From: the human T2T-CHM13v2.0 reference genome, Homo sapiens
Length of the DNA stretch: 64,000 nucleotides
Reading direction: 5' to 3' (one strand)
Assembly: GCF_009914755.1 (NCBI RefSeq)
Contig: NC_060947.1
Position numbers and translations under genes: made by a program. Under the pieces are notes generated by a model. It was not told the DNA's origin and did not search any database. It saw nothing but the letters and a program-made list of their open reading frames with translations. Below, piece by piece: positions 20,478-35,466 of the stretch; the first letter of the stretch is position 1; every line of letters starts with the position of its first letter.

Positions 20478-20964
20478 CTACCAGATGTTGGGATTGCAGC
20501 ACTGAATAAAACAAAGACTCTGCCCTCAGAGAGTTTGTATTCTAGTTTAGGGAGGCAGACAATCAATCAAGTAAGCAAGCCACACCATTAGGTAGTGATA
20601 AGTACCGTGAAGAAAAATCAAGGGCTCAGTGGGAGTCCTATTTCAGCTGGGGTACTGACAGAGACCCTTCCTGGAAATGTGTTATTTGGATAGAGATCTG
20701 AATGAAGTGAGGCAACCAGCTGCCACTGGGGGAAGAACAGTCCAAGCAAAGGGATGAGTAAGGACAAAAATACTGAGAAGGAATCTACTTGGCATGTTTA
20801 GGGAACAGCAAGATGGCCTGGTAACTGGCTGAGGTGAAATGAACAGGGGGAGAATGGAAGATGAGGTGAGAGAGGTGACAGGGACTAGATCAAGTAGGAC
20901 CTCAGGGATCAAGGTGTTGACTTTGGATATTTTTTCTAAGTGAGAGGAGGAATTGTTGGAGGAG

Positions 20965-22120
20965 TTAAAATGTTTTATTATGAAAGTTTCTAAACAGATA
21001 CAAAAGTAGAGAGAATAGTATAATGAACCTCCATAAATTCATCACCTAGATTCAACAATTATCAAGATAATACCACTTCCTTCATCTATTTCAAATTTTC
21101 TATTTTTGCTGAAGTATTTTAAAGCAAATTTCACCCTTACATATGTCACATCTGAAAAATATGAATATTTTCTTACATAAAAATAAAGCCATTATCACAA
21201 CTAACAAAATTAATTCTTTGGTATCATCTAATGCTCAGTCCATAGTCAAATTTCCCTCATTGCCTTAAAAATATTTTTTCCAGTTGGTTTATGATGTCCC
21301 ATAAATTATTTTCATCTAAAGCAGTCCTTCATCTCCTGTCCCTCACTTTTTTCATACCACGGACTTATTTTTAAGAAAAGGGGTCTCATTATGTTGCCCA
21401 GGATGGAGTGCAGTGGTTATTAATAGGCACGATCCCACCACTGATCAGCACTGGAGTTGTGACCTGCTCTATTTCCAACCTGGCTCAGTTCACCCCTCCT
21501 TAAGCAATCTGGTGGTCCCCGCTGCTCCCGAGAGGTCACCATATCAATGCCAAACTTGTGCCAAACTTAGTGCAGATACCCCACTGGCATAGCACACTCC
21601 AGCCCAGAGCTCCTGGGCTCAAGCAATCTTCCTGCCTCAGCGTTCCAAGTAGCTGGGACTACAGGTACGTGTCTCCAAGCCCGGATCCACTGACTTCTTA
21701 AAGAAACTAGATTACTGTCCTGTAAAAAGTCCTGGATTCTGGATTTCTCTGTTTGCTTCCCTGTGGTATCTTTTAATTTGTTCCTTTATTCCATTTCCTG
21801 TAAACTGAAAGTTAGTCCAAGGCTTGTTTAGATTCAGGATTAACTTTAGAGGTAAGAATAAGTATAGGTAGGTCCTTTATATATATGAAGTATACTAATA
21901 CTTCATAAGTATAGGTTGCCCCACTTTTAGTGATTCTAAGATTGATCAGAAGTGCAGGTGGTGACAGCGTGATCTTTTCATTGTGACATTCTATATCCAC
22001 CTTTCACCTCATGGTTTTAGCAGCCAATGATCATCATTGACTGACACTATTATTTCATCAGAGGTTGTACAATAATGTTTTTCTATTTCTGTCATTCCCT
22101 CCACACTTATTAGCTGATAT
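20965..22120 (-). mobile_element. Old L1MC-like 3' fragment hosting the 7SL copy
   Basis: L1MC 3'-end motifs (aaaagtagagagaatagtataatgaacc); boundaries approximate. Confidence 0.6.
21374..21685 (-). pseudogene. Full-length 7SL (SRP RNA) retropseudogene
   Basis: Reverse complement aligns to 7SL including the S domain absent from Alu (atatggtgacctc..gggag..ggggaccaccag.ttgc.taaggaggggtgaac...gagcaggtca); many substitutions; degenerate TSD ccac(g/t)gactt. Confidence 0.93.
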
Positions 22121-22259
22121 GATACAGTATATTCAGAGACATCTCACTTCCATCTCCACCCCCTCTAACCTGTCCTTTCCCTCTCCCTACAGATAACCAT
22201 TTTTGTTAATTTGGGGTTTGTTTTCCTTGTAGAGTACTTTTTGCAATAAAAGCATTTCT

Positions 22260-22362
22260 GTATATATGTATTTGTACATATATATAAACATGTTTTATAT
22301 ATGTACAAATACATATTATATATAATATATAATAATGTATATAATATATAAAAATATATATA
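22260..22362. repeat. AT-rich (TA)n low-complexity tract
   Basis: Degenerate TA dinucleotide run. Confidence 0.8.
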
Positions 22363-24093
22363 TTTTGTTCCCCTCATCTAGCCCAAAAGGTAGTATTACT
22401 ATATATGCTGCTCTGTATCTTGCTTTTTTCACTAAAATATATTCTGGAAATCACTCCACATCAGTGTCTAGAGATTGTCGTCATCATTGGAAGGGCTTTG
22501 AGCAGGGAATGGCAAAATCTGGCCTACAGTTTAGAAGCCTTCCTCTAGCTGTCTGGTAGAAAATAGAATGTAATGGGGCAAATGCCAAAGCAGGGAGGTC
22601 ATTAAGAGGCTATTACAATGGTCTAGGGAGACCTGGTGATGAACCAGCGTGGATAATGCAAGTAAGGCCAACACCCCAGGGATGGAGGGGCCCGGGCCCC
22701 TAACAACTTCATTGAGCAGAACTGCCACAGTAACGCAGATACCTTGTGGTGACTGAGAGAAAGAAAGACATAGATCTTTAACTTATTTAAGCCATATTTT
22801 ATTTTGGATCTCTGTTACATGCACTGAACCTACATCCCAACTAACAGAAATCATTCTAGTTCTAACATGTTCTTATTGTTACAACTGAGAGTCAAGAAAA
22901 CTGGCTTCTTGTCTTGACTGGGTTGGTCATGCCACCTTGGGCGAAGAAGAGATGTGTGGGTATTCCAGGTAGAGGGAACAACATGGGAGAGCTTTCAGAG
23001 ACTGTGAAATTTGGCCTTTATCTCATAAGCAATAGTACCTGAAAGTGACAAATGCAAAGGGAAATTTCAAAAGATTAAATGGGTAGTGAAGGGAAGAGAA
23101 ACCAGGGACCAAGAGACCAGAATAGAAATCCAGCCCTACTCCTTGCTACTGCCCAATAGGCAGTCATTGATGACTCAAGATAACTTATGTCCTCAAAGAC
23201 TTGCCATGGCTAACCCTACCACTACCTCTCTGACCCCACTTCCTACTCCTTTCTCTACTTGTTACTCACCACACTGGCCCACTTGCTGCCCCTTGAACAA
23301 GTTAAGCATGCTCCTGCCTCAAGGACTTTGTACCTGCTATTCTGTCTGTCTACGGTGACTTTTCCCCTAGAGCCACATGCCTTCCCTTGCCAACCTATCT
23401 AAAATTGCAACCCATTCCCCAGCCCCCTTACTCTGATTTTTTCATTTTGCAGAATGTAGCACAGCTTGGTATTATATTATATTATATTATATATATGTTT
23501 GCTGTTGTCTTCTCTCCCTAGAATGTAAGCATCGTGAGGACAGAGACTTTGTCTAGTTCACTTCTGTAACCCCAGCACTTAGAACACTGCATGAAACATA
23601 GCACACAATAAATATTTGTTGAACAAATGAATGAGATATAAAATGGATTTCACTTAAGTCCTTTTACTTGTACTTTTCTTCAAGGAATCTTAGCTAGAGA
23701 AAATGTGAGGTAGCAGTGGTTGGCAGAGGAGGGCTAGGATGGAAGGCTCGGCCCTGAGACTAAAAACATCAGGGAAGGAGCTTGAAGAGGAGCCAAGAGG
23801 CTTAGCCCAGCCCCATTTACAGACTGAGAATCACTCCGGTCAATATTTGTGGAAACTCTTTTCTGTAACTATCTAAACCTGCTGTTTTTGCAGCCCTTTC
23901 TCTTCCCTAAAGTTATGAATAAATTTTTAAGAAAAATAGACTTAAAATTTAGGAAGAAAATTCATAGGAAAATATCTTTAAAACCTCAGATGGGGAAGAA
24001 TTGATTAAACAACACGCAAAAAGTATAAACCTCAAGGGAAAGGATTGATAAATTCAACCAAGTTAAAATTAAGAACTTGAAAAAAAATCTCTA

Positions 24094-24453
<360 letters not shown>

Positions 24454-24797
24454 TCATTCAACAAATATTATTGAGCACCTACTATGTGCCAGGCATTGTC
24501 AACAGCCCTTCAGATACATCAGTGAACAGATCAAAGCATATTGTTTAGACTTAGGGAGATAATCACCAGAATTAATACCAAAATGAGTTAAAATTATTTT
24601 CCCTTAGGAAGTGGAGACAGGGTTAGATAACTGTTCCTTTTCATCATAAACCCTCTGTACTATTTTATTTTTTATCACTTGAATTTATTACTTTGTTAGA
24701 AATTTAAAAGAGAAAACATTGTAACAAAATAAAAGTTACTTTATAAATTTTCTTTAAATCCCTACTCTCAGAGGAGCATTTTATTTAAAACTATGCC

Positions 24798-25030
24798 TTT
24801 GTTCTCACTTATAAGTGGGAGCCATATGATGAGAACGCATGGACACAAACAGATACTGGGGCCTACTTGTGGGTGGAAGAAGGGAGGAGGGAGAGGATCA
24901 GAAAAAATAACGAATGGGTGCTAGGTTTAGTACCTGGGTGATGAAATAATCTGTACAACGAACCCCTGTGACATGAGTTTACCTATAAAACAAACCTGCA
25001 CATGTACTCCGGAGCCTAAAATAAAAGCTT
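24798..25030 (+). mobile_element. L1PB/old L1PA 3' end fragment
   Basis: gttctcacttataagtgggagc...cctgcacatgtac...cctaaaataaaag. Confidence 0.8.
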
Positions 25031-25309
25031 TTTTTAAAATAGCTATGTCTTGATTACCAGGCACCATTCTAAGTACTTTACACATATTAAATCAATTAAT
25101 CATCATCATAACTTATGAATTAGGTACTCCACAGATGAGAACAAAGAAGCTCAAAGGGGTTAAGGAAACTGAGGCACAGAGAGGTTAAATTGTGCGAGAT
25201 CTTTTACAGTTAGTAAAAAGTGGAGCTGGGATTTGAATCCACGTAGTCTGGCTCTGGAGGCTATGTCCTCCATACCCCACCACACATTGGTATGTTGACA
25301 GTTCCAGCA

Positions 25310-25936
25310 CCTAACTGACAAAGGATTAATATGTGGAATATATCAAGAGCTCCTGCAAATCAATAAGAGGAAAACAACCAATAGAAAAATCAATAACAAC
25401 ATAGACAAGAATTTTCCAGAAGAAATATTGCTCATAAACATATGAACTGATACACCCAAACTCATTAGTAATTAAGGAAATGCACATTAAAACCACAGCA
25501 ATGTAGCATCTCACACTAAACTGATTGGCAAAAATTTTAAAGTTAGTTAAAGCCAAGTGTTAGAGAAGATATGGAGCAATGTGAACTCTCACACTCTGGC
25601 AAAGGCATATACTGATACAATCACTTTGGAAAACAATCTAGTATGCTCTAGTACAATTGAATACACACAGACCATATGACCCAGCAGTTCCACTCTTAGT
25701 TATAGATCCTAGAGAAACTTTTGCACATGAGCACCAGAAGACATAAAATAGAATGTTCTAGAAGCAATGTACATAATAGCAAAAACCAATATAAATGTCC
25801 ATCAATAAGAACATGGATGAATGAACTGTGGTACATCCATATTCATACAATGGAATACAAAAAGCAGAGCTGCGTATGTCAACAAAGATGAGTATCAAAA
25901 TCATAGTGTTGAGTGAAAACAATCAAGTAACAGAAG

Positions 25937-25983
<47 letters not shown>

Positions 25984-26400
25984 GTTTCTATGTCAAAAGC
26001 AGACAAACCTAAATGTTTTATTGTTTAAGGAGACATACATATGTGATGGAACTGTAAATAAAATCAAGGGAATAATAGACAAACACATCAGTTACTCATG
26101 GTAGGGGAGGGCACGGGGGAATGAGAACAGGGACAGGCACACAGGGGCCTTAGAAACTATGTATGTATGTGTGTCTTGTTTTTCTGAACCATTTCAAATT
26201 TAAAAACAACCATAACCGTGCTGTCCACATAAAACATGTATACATGTATACATGTACATATGCATATATGTACAGAGAGATAAATATGCACAATATTAAT
26301 TGTTGAATTTGAGAGGTAGATGATATACAGTTGTTTATTATACTATTCTTTCAACCTTCCTGTATGTTTGAAGTTTTTTCTAAAAATAGTTGGAGAAACT
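25310..26400 (+). mobile_element. Old L1ME-like fragment
   Basis: Degenerate L1 3' ORF2/UTR motifs (ccatatgacccagcagttccactc; aaatgtccatcaata). Confidence 0.65.
25942..25980. repeat. (TG)n microsatellite
   Basis: About 19 perfect units. Confidence 0.95.
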
Positions 26401-26873
26401 AAATTTGAAGGCCTTTAGAAGGAACACGCCCTCTCTGGGTCAACATACTCCCCACCATTCCTTGTTACAACTCTCAGCCTGGTTCCCTCATCTCTATATC
26501 TCTGATCCCTAGAGACATTTGAGTTTGCAACCTCTGGCTCAGCTTGTAGGTCTTGACTCCTTCTAGGTCTCCCTGCCTCCTCTATGTAACAGGTCACAGC
26601 TTTGGGGCATAAAAGATGTTTTTCTCATTCCCAGAGGTTGAATAAACCATACACTAAGTTTAGTTTAGTTTTGAGAACATATTAAGGACAATAAAAGTTT
26701 ATGTAATTCCCCACTACCCTGCAGTGAAGGGTATCCCTCTCTGCCCGCAGCCCCAGCAGCTACAGTAACTTTGGCAAGCATGCCATCTCTTAGAAGATAA
26801 AGACGAAGCCTTGGAAACATCAAGCCACACCAGCTACTTCTCCCAGAAGATAAGATGAAAAATTTTATGATTC

Positions 26874-27169
26874 TTTTTTTTTTTTTCAGATGGCGTTTCG
26901 CTCTTGTTGCCCAGGCTGGAGTGCAATGGCGTGATCTCAGCTCACTGCAACCTCCGCCTCCGGGTTCAAGTGATTCTCCTGCCTCAGCCTCCCGAGTAGC
27001 TGGAATTACAGGCGCCCACCACCATGTCCAGCTAATTTTTTGTATTTTTAGTAGAGATGGGGTTTCACCATGTTGGCCAGGCTGGTCTTGAACTCCTGAC
27101 CTCAAGTAATCCACCTGCCTCGGCCTCCCAAAGTGCTAAGATTACAGGTGCGAGCCACCACGCCCAGCC
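26874..27169 (-). mobile_element. AluS (Sq/Sp-like)
   Basis: Antisense dimer with gctcttgttgccc; flanking ttttatga duplication. Confidence 0.92.
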
Positions 27170-27604
27170 CAGTTTTATGATCTTGATGTCCCTTGTAGTC
27201 TCTCTGACACCAAAGGTGAAAAGAGTGGGAAACTAAGATCTTCCAGAAACATCGAGGGGCCAATGGGGTTAACTACTTATGAAGGATATAATGTATGAGA
27301 TGAATGGCTGTTACCCAGTGGGCACAGGCAGCCATTCCTGGACTTGAGAATGAATGAGAAAGAGTCCCTGGTGGGTGCCTAGGCCCCGGAGAGTTTGCAG
27401 CCAATAAACCATTGCCCTTCAGACTGATGGGTTCTCAGTCCCTCACAGTTCAGTCATGTTGGAGAAACGGAAGCAGCTTGCCAGATAGCATTTGCCTAGC
27501 CACATTCTGTGATATGAGAGATTCTTTGCACACCATGGTTTTCACTCCTGCAGCTATCACACTGCATTAAATCCTCGATCTTTGCTGCCCCTACCTTGGC
27601 TAGT

Positions 27605-27607
<3 letters not shown>

Positions 27608-27643
<36 letters not shown>
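27608..27643. repeat. (CA)n microsatellite
   Basis: About 18 units. Confidence 0.95.
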
Positions 27644-27646
<3 letters not shown>

Positions 27647-27874
27647 ACAGCATGAATTCATCCAATTGTTTTGCACAAAAACATGTTTAAAATGAAAAGG
27701 CAGAAAGCCAGAGGCAGGTAGGGTAACTTGGGTATAAGCTGAGGTTAGCCAGTGACACTGCATGACAGCTTGGCCCAGCATGTCAAAGCAGGTGTGACAA
27801 TGGCAAGACTCCTGTCTGATTGTTCTAATCATCCAGACAGAGAGACCAAGATCACTTGCCCTTTTGATATCCAC

Positions 27875-27887
27875 TAACCTTTGACCT
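27875..27887 (-). promoter_or_regulatory. DR1 nuclear-receptor element candidate AGGTCA-A-AGGTTA
   Basis: taacctttgacct on +; 11/12 half-site match to the DR1 consensus; motif only. Confidence 0.4.
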
Positions 27888-28364
27888 AGGACTAGGCCTG
27901 GGTGGTTTCCACTGGCTTTGCCGCTTTTTGGAGTGGCCTTCCCTCTTGGTTTATTTTTGCCTTGACCTCCCTACTTGCTGACCTTCCAGATCTTAGAACA
28001 TCAAGTTGTGTCTTGATACCTAGATCCTCATATGACCAAACATTGGCTTAGGAGAATGTTGACACCTCTTCATCCTCCGTGACCTATTTTAGCTATTTGC
28101 TGCCCACATCCTATTATGACAGAACTCACTTGAGAGTTTGAATCTGCTCTGATGAATGCTTACAGGCCAGGGACTGAAGATAAGGGAAAGAAGAATTCTA
28201 TTACCAAAGCTGTAGCATCAAGAAGATACCTTCAGCTCTCAGAGAAGAAAGCGAAGACCAAGGCCAGATAACTAGCGGCTAACTTGTGATCCAGGGGCAA
28301 GACAGTACTTTACATGTGTAGTGCTCGAGAGGGAAATTCCAACTGGAAAAACCTGGATCAATAA

Positions 28365-28442
28365 AGGTAGGTAGGTAGGTAGGTAGATAGATAGATAGAT
28401 ACACAGATACATAGATACATAGATACATGGATACATAGATAG
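28365..28442. repeat. Compound STR (AGGT)n(AGAT)n(AGATACAT)n
   Basis: Visible tetra- and octanucleotide array. Confidence 0.92.
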
Positions 28443-28999
28443 AAAAGAAGGACATTCATAAAACAATGAAAGTATGTCATTCGCCAAGGATTACGATTAC
28501 TACAATTTCTTGATGTCACATTAAGAAAACAAAAACAAAAGGAAAGGATCATGTCCTTACTAACAACCAGTTCTCCACATTCCCAGGTTTTCTTTTAGCT
28601 ATTACTTTTTTAAAAATATGTCATTCAGGAAGGGTGGCCAGGACCACCCAGATACCAAGAAAATCCCTGGATGCCCCAGACATTCTGGCCTAGGAAATTG
28701 TAAAACACTAATCATTAGTTCAGGTGAGCTGACTGAATTTTTCTCAAAAGGAAAACAAAACAATAGAAAAGCCTAGAAGCCAAGACACTGATGAAACAAC
28801 AGATTTCTTACCTAGTTTGTCCTGGGTACAGGCTGACCTCAGTGATGGGACTTACAAGTCCCATTTTTCCAGGCTTCACCTCAGCCCTGGACTTAGCTTG
28901 CATTTATTTAAACATTTCCTCAATTTAACTGAGGTGAATCCAAACAACAGCCCTGCCAGGTCTAGTAGGATACTGTGGGCCTTCATGAAACCTGCTGTC

Positions 29000-29362
29000 T
29001 TGGACAATTTTGTGTTGCCATAACAGAATACTACAGACTGGGTAATTCACAAAGAAAATAAATTTATTTCTTCTAGTTCTGGGGTCTGAGATGTCCAAAC
29101 TTAAGGGGCCTGCGTCTGGTGAGGGTCTTCTTACTGAGTCATTCCATGGTAGAAGGCAGAAGAGCAAGAGCGAGAGCAAGAAAGCGCCAAACTCGCTTTT
29201 ATAATGAATCCCCTCTTGTGATAAAGAACCTACTCCCATGATAACTAGCCCCTTCCTGTGATAATGACATTAATTATCCCTTAAAGGCCCACCTCTTAAC
29301 AGCATTGTATTTGGAATTAAGTTTCTAACACATGAACTTTGGGGGACACATTCAGACCATAG
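29000..29362 (-). mobile_element. MaLR solo LTR (MST/MLT1A-like)
   Basis: ccataacagaatac.acagactgggtaatt...catgaactttgggggacacattcagaccatagc. Confidence 0.75.
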
Positions 29363-29396
29363 CTATGCTTCCTGAGTTGTTTGGAGAAGAAAATCA

Positions 29397-29813
<417 letters not shown>

Positions 29814-31849
29814 AGAATGCATTTCACTTTCTGTACCACTAACTCCTAGGAAGTGCTGGGGGAGAGGACACAGCATTGCCATTGAGAAGGCTCCAAGTAT
29901 AGGAGGGTTTCTGATCAGTGACATTTCACCTACCATTAAAAGAGCTAAAGATCTGACCAGAGTGTGAAAGAGACATGTCTAAAAATAAGTGCTTCCTCCA
30001 TAATAGGAGATTGGTTAAATGAATTATAGCATATCCATACAATGAAATGCTATGTATAATGTTACAGAAGAAGATTGACATGAAAAATGTCCACGATATA
30101 CTTTTGGGTGAAAAAGCAGGTTACAAAATGGGACATAGAATATAATCCCATTTTGGTTAATATATATAGTAACTAACATGTATCGAGCTTTTAATATGAT
30201 CATATATATGAGCAAGGCACTGATCAAAATGCTTCACATGAATTATTCTAACTTCTTGACAACTCTGTGATGTGGGTATTATAAGTATCTTTTTACTTAT
30301 GAGGAAACGGAGGCACTAAGAGATTAAATCATCTGCCATAGTTCACTTAAGTGGCAGAGCTGAGACATAGACTTAGATATGTTGGACTCAAGAGCCCGAA
30401 CTCTTAACAGGGACTCTATACCTATGCTTATATTTGTATAGACAAAAAGTCAAGAAAGATAGATACCAGGATGTTAACAGTTAACAGTGGTCATTTCTGG
30501 GTAGTGAGATTATGAATGACTTTTGTTCCCTTTATACTTTTCTGAGTGCTCTGAAAATTTTATGATTTACATGGATTATTTTCATAATCAGAAAAAAAAG
30601 GAAATAAATTTCCGTTTTGGAAAAAAGCAAGAAAGCCATTGTTTCCAACCTGGAGGTGCAAACCTCTGAGGAGTGGAGGAGTAACTTAATTATTACAAGG
30701 ACTCCAGAAACCTCTACCTGACCCGAGCATTGTTTAGAATGAATAAATAATATGCTTACAGCACACTTTTCTTTCAAATGCATATAAATACTGTCATGAT
30801 GTATATACATAGTGGCTTTAGTTTGTTACGTATTATCATGTGGAGATCCATGGCATTGTAAACGTTAAAGTACTAAGGCAATGGTTGGGATCTAGTGCTA
30901 AAAAGAAAAATATATATACAGGTCAACTCTCTTAGCTTGAAGGTCTTCTCAACAACTTACTTACTTTTTTTTCCAAGGGAGGCAGGAGGAAATAGAGGAG
31001 AAAAACTGAGAATTCACATATTATTAAAAGTTAACCCAGGAGGCTTGCTTCCTGGAGAAGACAATTTACAAGGATGAGAGAGTATGAAGAGGGAGTTGGT
31101 GTAGGCCCAGGATATTCTATTCTGGAAAGACAGAGTGCTAATCTCCCCCATATTATCAGGGGCGAGTTTCCAACCTCAACCACAGGATGTCAACACATCG
31201 ATAGGGCAGTGGTGCCGTAAGACCTGAGTGCTAACATTTGCTCTAGAGCCAGGCTGGTTTCCAGTAAACAGGAAGACCTGGAGTGGGAGGGCAAAGTAGG
31301 CAGAACTTTTTCTTTTGCCAAAGTGCCTCAAAGGTGAGCGTCTGCCTTCCTTTCTCTCATTCTTTCTTCTCCCCTTTTGTAATGTGTTCCTTGTCTTGTT
31401 TCTGTATGGCCTCTCATCCCCCACTCAAGTCCCCGGGACATATGCCCCCATAGGACTCTAGTGATCTCATTACCCGTAAGAAATCATCCAATCATAGACC
31501 CCAAACTAAGATCCTCACTTACTGATCCTTCTCTTAACGCCGAGGCCCTAGGGCTTTCAGGCATTAGGAGCAGATATACTGACAAATAAGATATGGTCCC
31601 AATCTCTTTAGAAGCATGTAAACTTCAGGTGGAAAAAGCAAAAAACAAAACCAAAAACCACACACACACAACCACGTTTGCTTTAATGGGCATAAAGTTA
31701 CAACAAGAGTTCAAGAGAGAAATGAGGGCTTTGCTTCCCCCCTCCCACGTTGGCCTGTATTTGAGACTCACCTAGGAATCACACTCCACACCCCAACCCT
31801 GCTCACAGAAGCTTGGAAGACTGGCTTACTCCAAAGAAAAACAGTCTTC

Positions 31850-33550
<1,701 letters not shown>

Positions 33551-33589
33551 TAAAGGTGGGGCAGCCCCAAAGCAGGCTGCTTCAGGGCA

Positions 33590-34022
33590 ACAAAAGCCAA
33601 ATCCCAGGTGCTCCCCACATCACAAATCCCCAGAACTCCCTTCCCAGCAGTCATCTCCCAAAGGTCACAAATCCCTATAGTTTCTGAGTAGCCTGTGAGG
33701 GGGTTTCACCTTCTCTAGGTCCCTGTGTCACTCTGACTACATGGCAGTCATTCTCACCTTTCTCCATCTTGATGTCCTAATAATCCTAGGAAAGAGAGTC
33801 AAAGGGCAAATGAGCTGGACCAGACCTGACGGGGCAGTCCTTGTACTTCAGAGCCTGCCCCTGCGGTGGGTGGGGGGGCAGGGAAGGACAAGAGGGAAGA
33901 GGGCAGGTGCAAACTCCTCATAGTTATATGCATTCACTATTAAGTGAACTTCCAGAGGCTGGTGGCACCTTTGGTTGGAACACTGTTCTGAGATCTTTGC
34001 CTCCCTCAGGCTCCCGAGAATC
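33590..34022 (+). promoter_or_regulatory. AWAT1: AWAT1 proximal promoter and 5'UTR region
   Basis: Unique sequence between repeats and the ATG; TATA-like TATTAA near 33938; G-rich KLF/SP box 33865-33883; DR1-like GAGTCA-A-AGGGCA 33796-33808. TSS not determinable from sequence. Confidence 0.55.
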
Positions 34023-34098
34023 ATGGCTCATTCCAAGCAGCCTAGTCACTTCCAGAGTCTGATGCTTCTGCAGTGGCCTTTGAGCTACCTTGCCATCT
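34023..34098 (+). CDS. AWAT1: AWAT1 (acyl-CoA wax alcohol acyltransferase 1) coding exon 1
   Basis: atcATGg start; MAHSKQPSHFQSLMLLQWPLSYLAI; T|gtgagt donor. Confidence 0.93.
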
Positions 34099-35042
34099 GT
34101 GAGTATTGACCCAAGAGTGCATAGCAAGAAGCCAGAGTCAGAAGCCAGGGCCAGATCTAGGGTGACTTTTAGGGCCATGTGAAGTCTCATTTTGAGCCTT
34201 TCCATCATCTAAGATTGTACTAGAGAGTAAAACCAAGGAGTCTTGAGTTCCATGAGTGCCCTGGAGAAGAATGAGATAGAGCCCCAGGAGACAGTGAGAA
34301 TATGTAGTGGGAGGGGGCGGGGGGTGGAACAGGGTCATGATGGATATGAGTAGATCTAGTTAATTTCAGCCACTTCCTAATCCTTACTATCTAGAGAGGA
34401 AAAGTGAGGCCCAGGGAATGCTCCCTTATGATCATGGGGAATAGGACAGAGGAAACATTAGCATCCCAGACTTAAAGAAGTATAGCCTGTGTCTGAACCA
34501 TAGAGTTGTCTGTTCTGGGAGTGGGGTGGTGGTAGCATGCGGGAAGACAGTGTCATTGGAAAGAATGGTGAATGGGCAAGAGGACAAGCATAGTGGATAG
34601 GAAATACTAGAAGGATGCAGATGCTGGATGGGCAGCGTGTAGGAAGATATAGATAGTATAGGGGTGAGGGAGAGTGGGCTAGTGGCTTAACGAGGGATGA
34701 CGGATAGGGAGGGAGACAGGAGACAAGAGGAAAAAGATGGTGACCAAATGGGGGCAGGAGGAAAAAAAACTGGTGGGAAGTAGAGAGCAGGAGTACAGAG
34801 GTAGTGGCTGTACAGGGAAGCAGGTGGACAGGGATGACAGACAGGCAGAGAAATAGGGCTTCTGTATGGTAAATGATAGAGGAAAAGTTTGAAGGACAAG
34901 TAGACATGGATGATGAACAGGACCTGGATTGTGTTGAGGGCCAGGACCAGAGGCTTAGGTAATGTGGAGAGCTGGTGATGGGACTGGGCATGGTCAAGTT
35001 CTGCTGGCAGCACAAATTTGGTCTAACCTGGTCCCTCATCAG

Positions 35043-35150
35043 TTTGGATCTTGCAGCCATTGTTCGTCTACCTGCTGTTTACATCCTTGTGGCCGCTACC
35101 AGTGCTTTACTTTGCCTGGTTGTTCCTGGACTGGAAGACCCCAGAGCGAG
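35043..35150 (+). CDS. AWAT1: AWAT1 exon 2
   Basis: catcAG acceptor and GAG|gtaaga donor; hydrophobic (F)WILQPLFVYLLFTSLWPLPVLYFAWLFLDWKTPER. Confidence 0.93.
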
Positions 35151-35395
35151 GTAAGACTCACAGACCTAGAAAGAAGAATGTTCCATCATAACCTGCAGCC
35201 AGAGAGTCCCACTCGCCATACCACAGGCCCCTCATCCAAGTTCTCAGAGCCACAGGAGCTCGGCCAAACAGGACCATCCTAGGGTCTCCTCCTTTCCCAC
35301 CTCTCTAGCAGAGCCATGCTAGGGAATCCCTGAGTCCGTGGAATGTATGGGATGGCACACACTGACATCATCCCCTACTTCTTCTTTTGCCTCAG

Positions 35396-35466
35396 GTGGC
35401 AGGCGTTCGGCCTGGGTAAGGAACTGGTGTGTCTGGACCCACATCAGGGACTATTTCCCCATTACG
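35396..35466 (+). CDS. AWAT1: AWAT1 exon 3
   Basis: ctcAG / ACG|gtaagt; (G)GRRSAWVRNWCVWTHIRDYFPIT with the YFP motif. Confidence 0.95.

Noticed and set aside
26665-27114. 149-aa ORF and similar ORFs at 24091, 47193, 48742, 51205 and 55242
   Set aside because: Alu-derived reading frames.
31130-31545. Possible mitochondrial insertion (C/A-rich, G-poor stretch)
   Set aside because: Could not align it by eye to any mtDNA gene; BLASTN against mtDNA would be decisive.
34458-35060. 200-aa minus-strand ORF in AWAT1 intron 1
   Set aside because: Complement of a purine-rich tract; S/P/L-biased with no domain.
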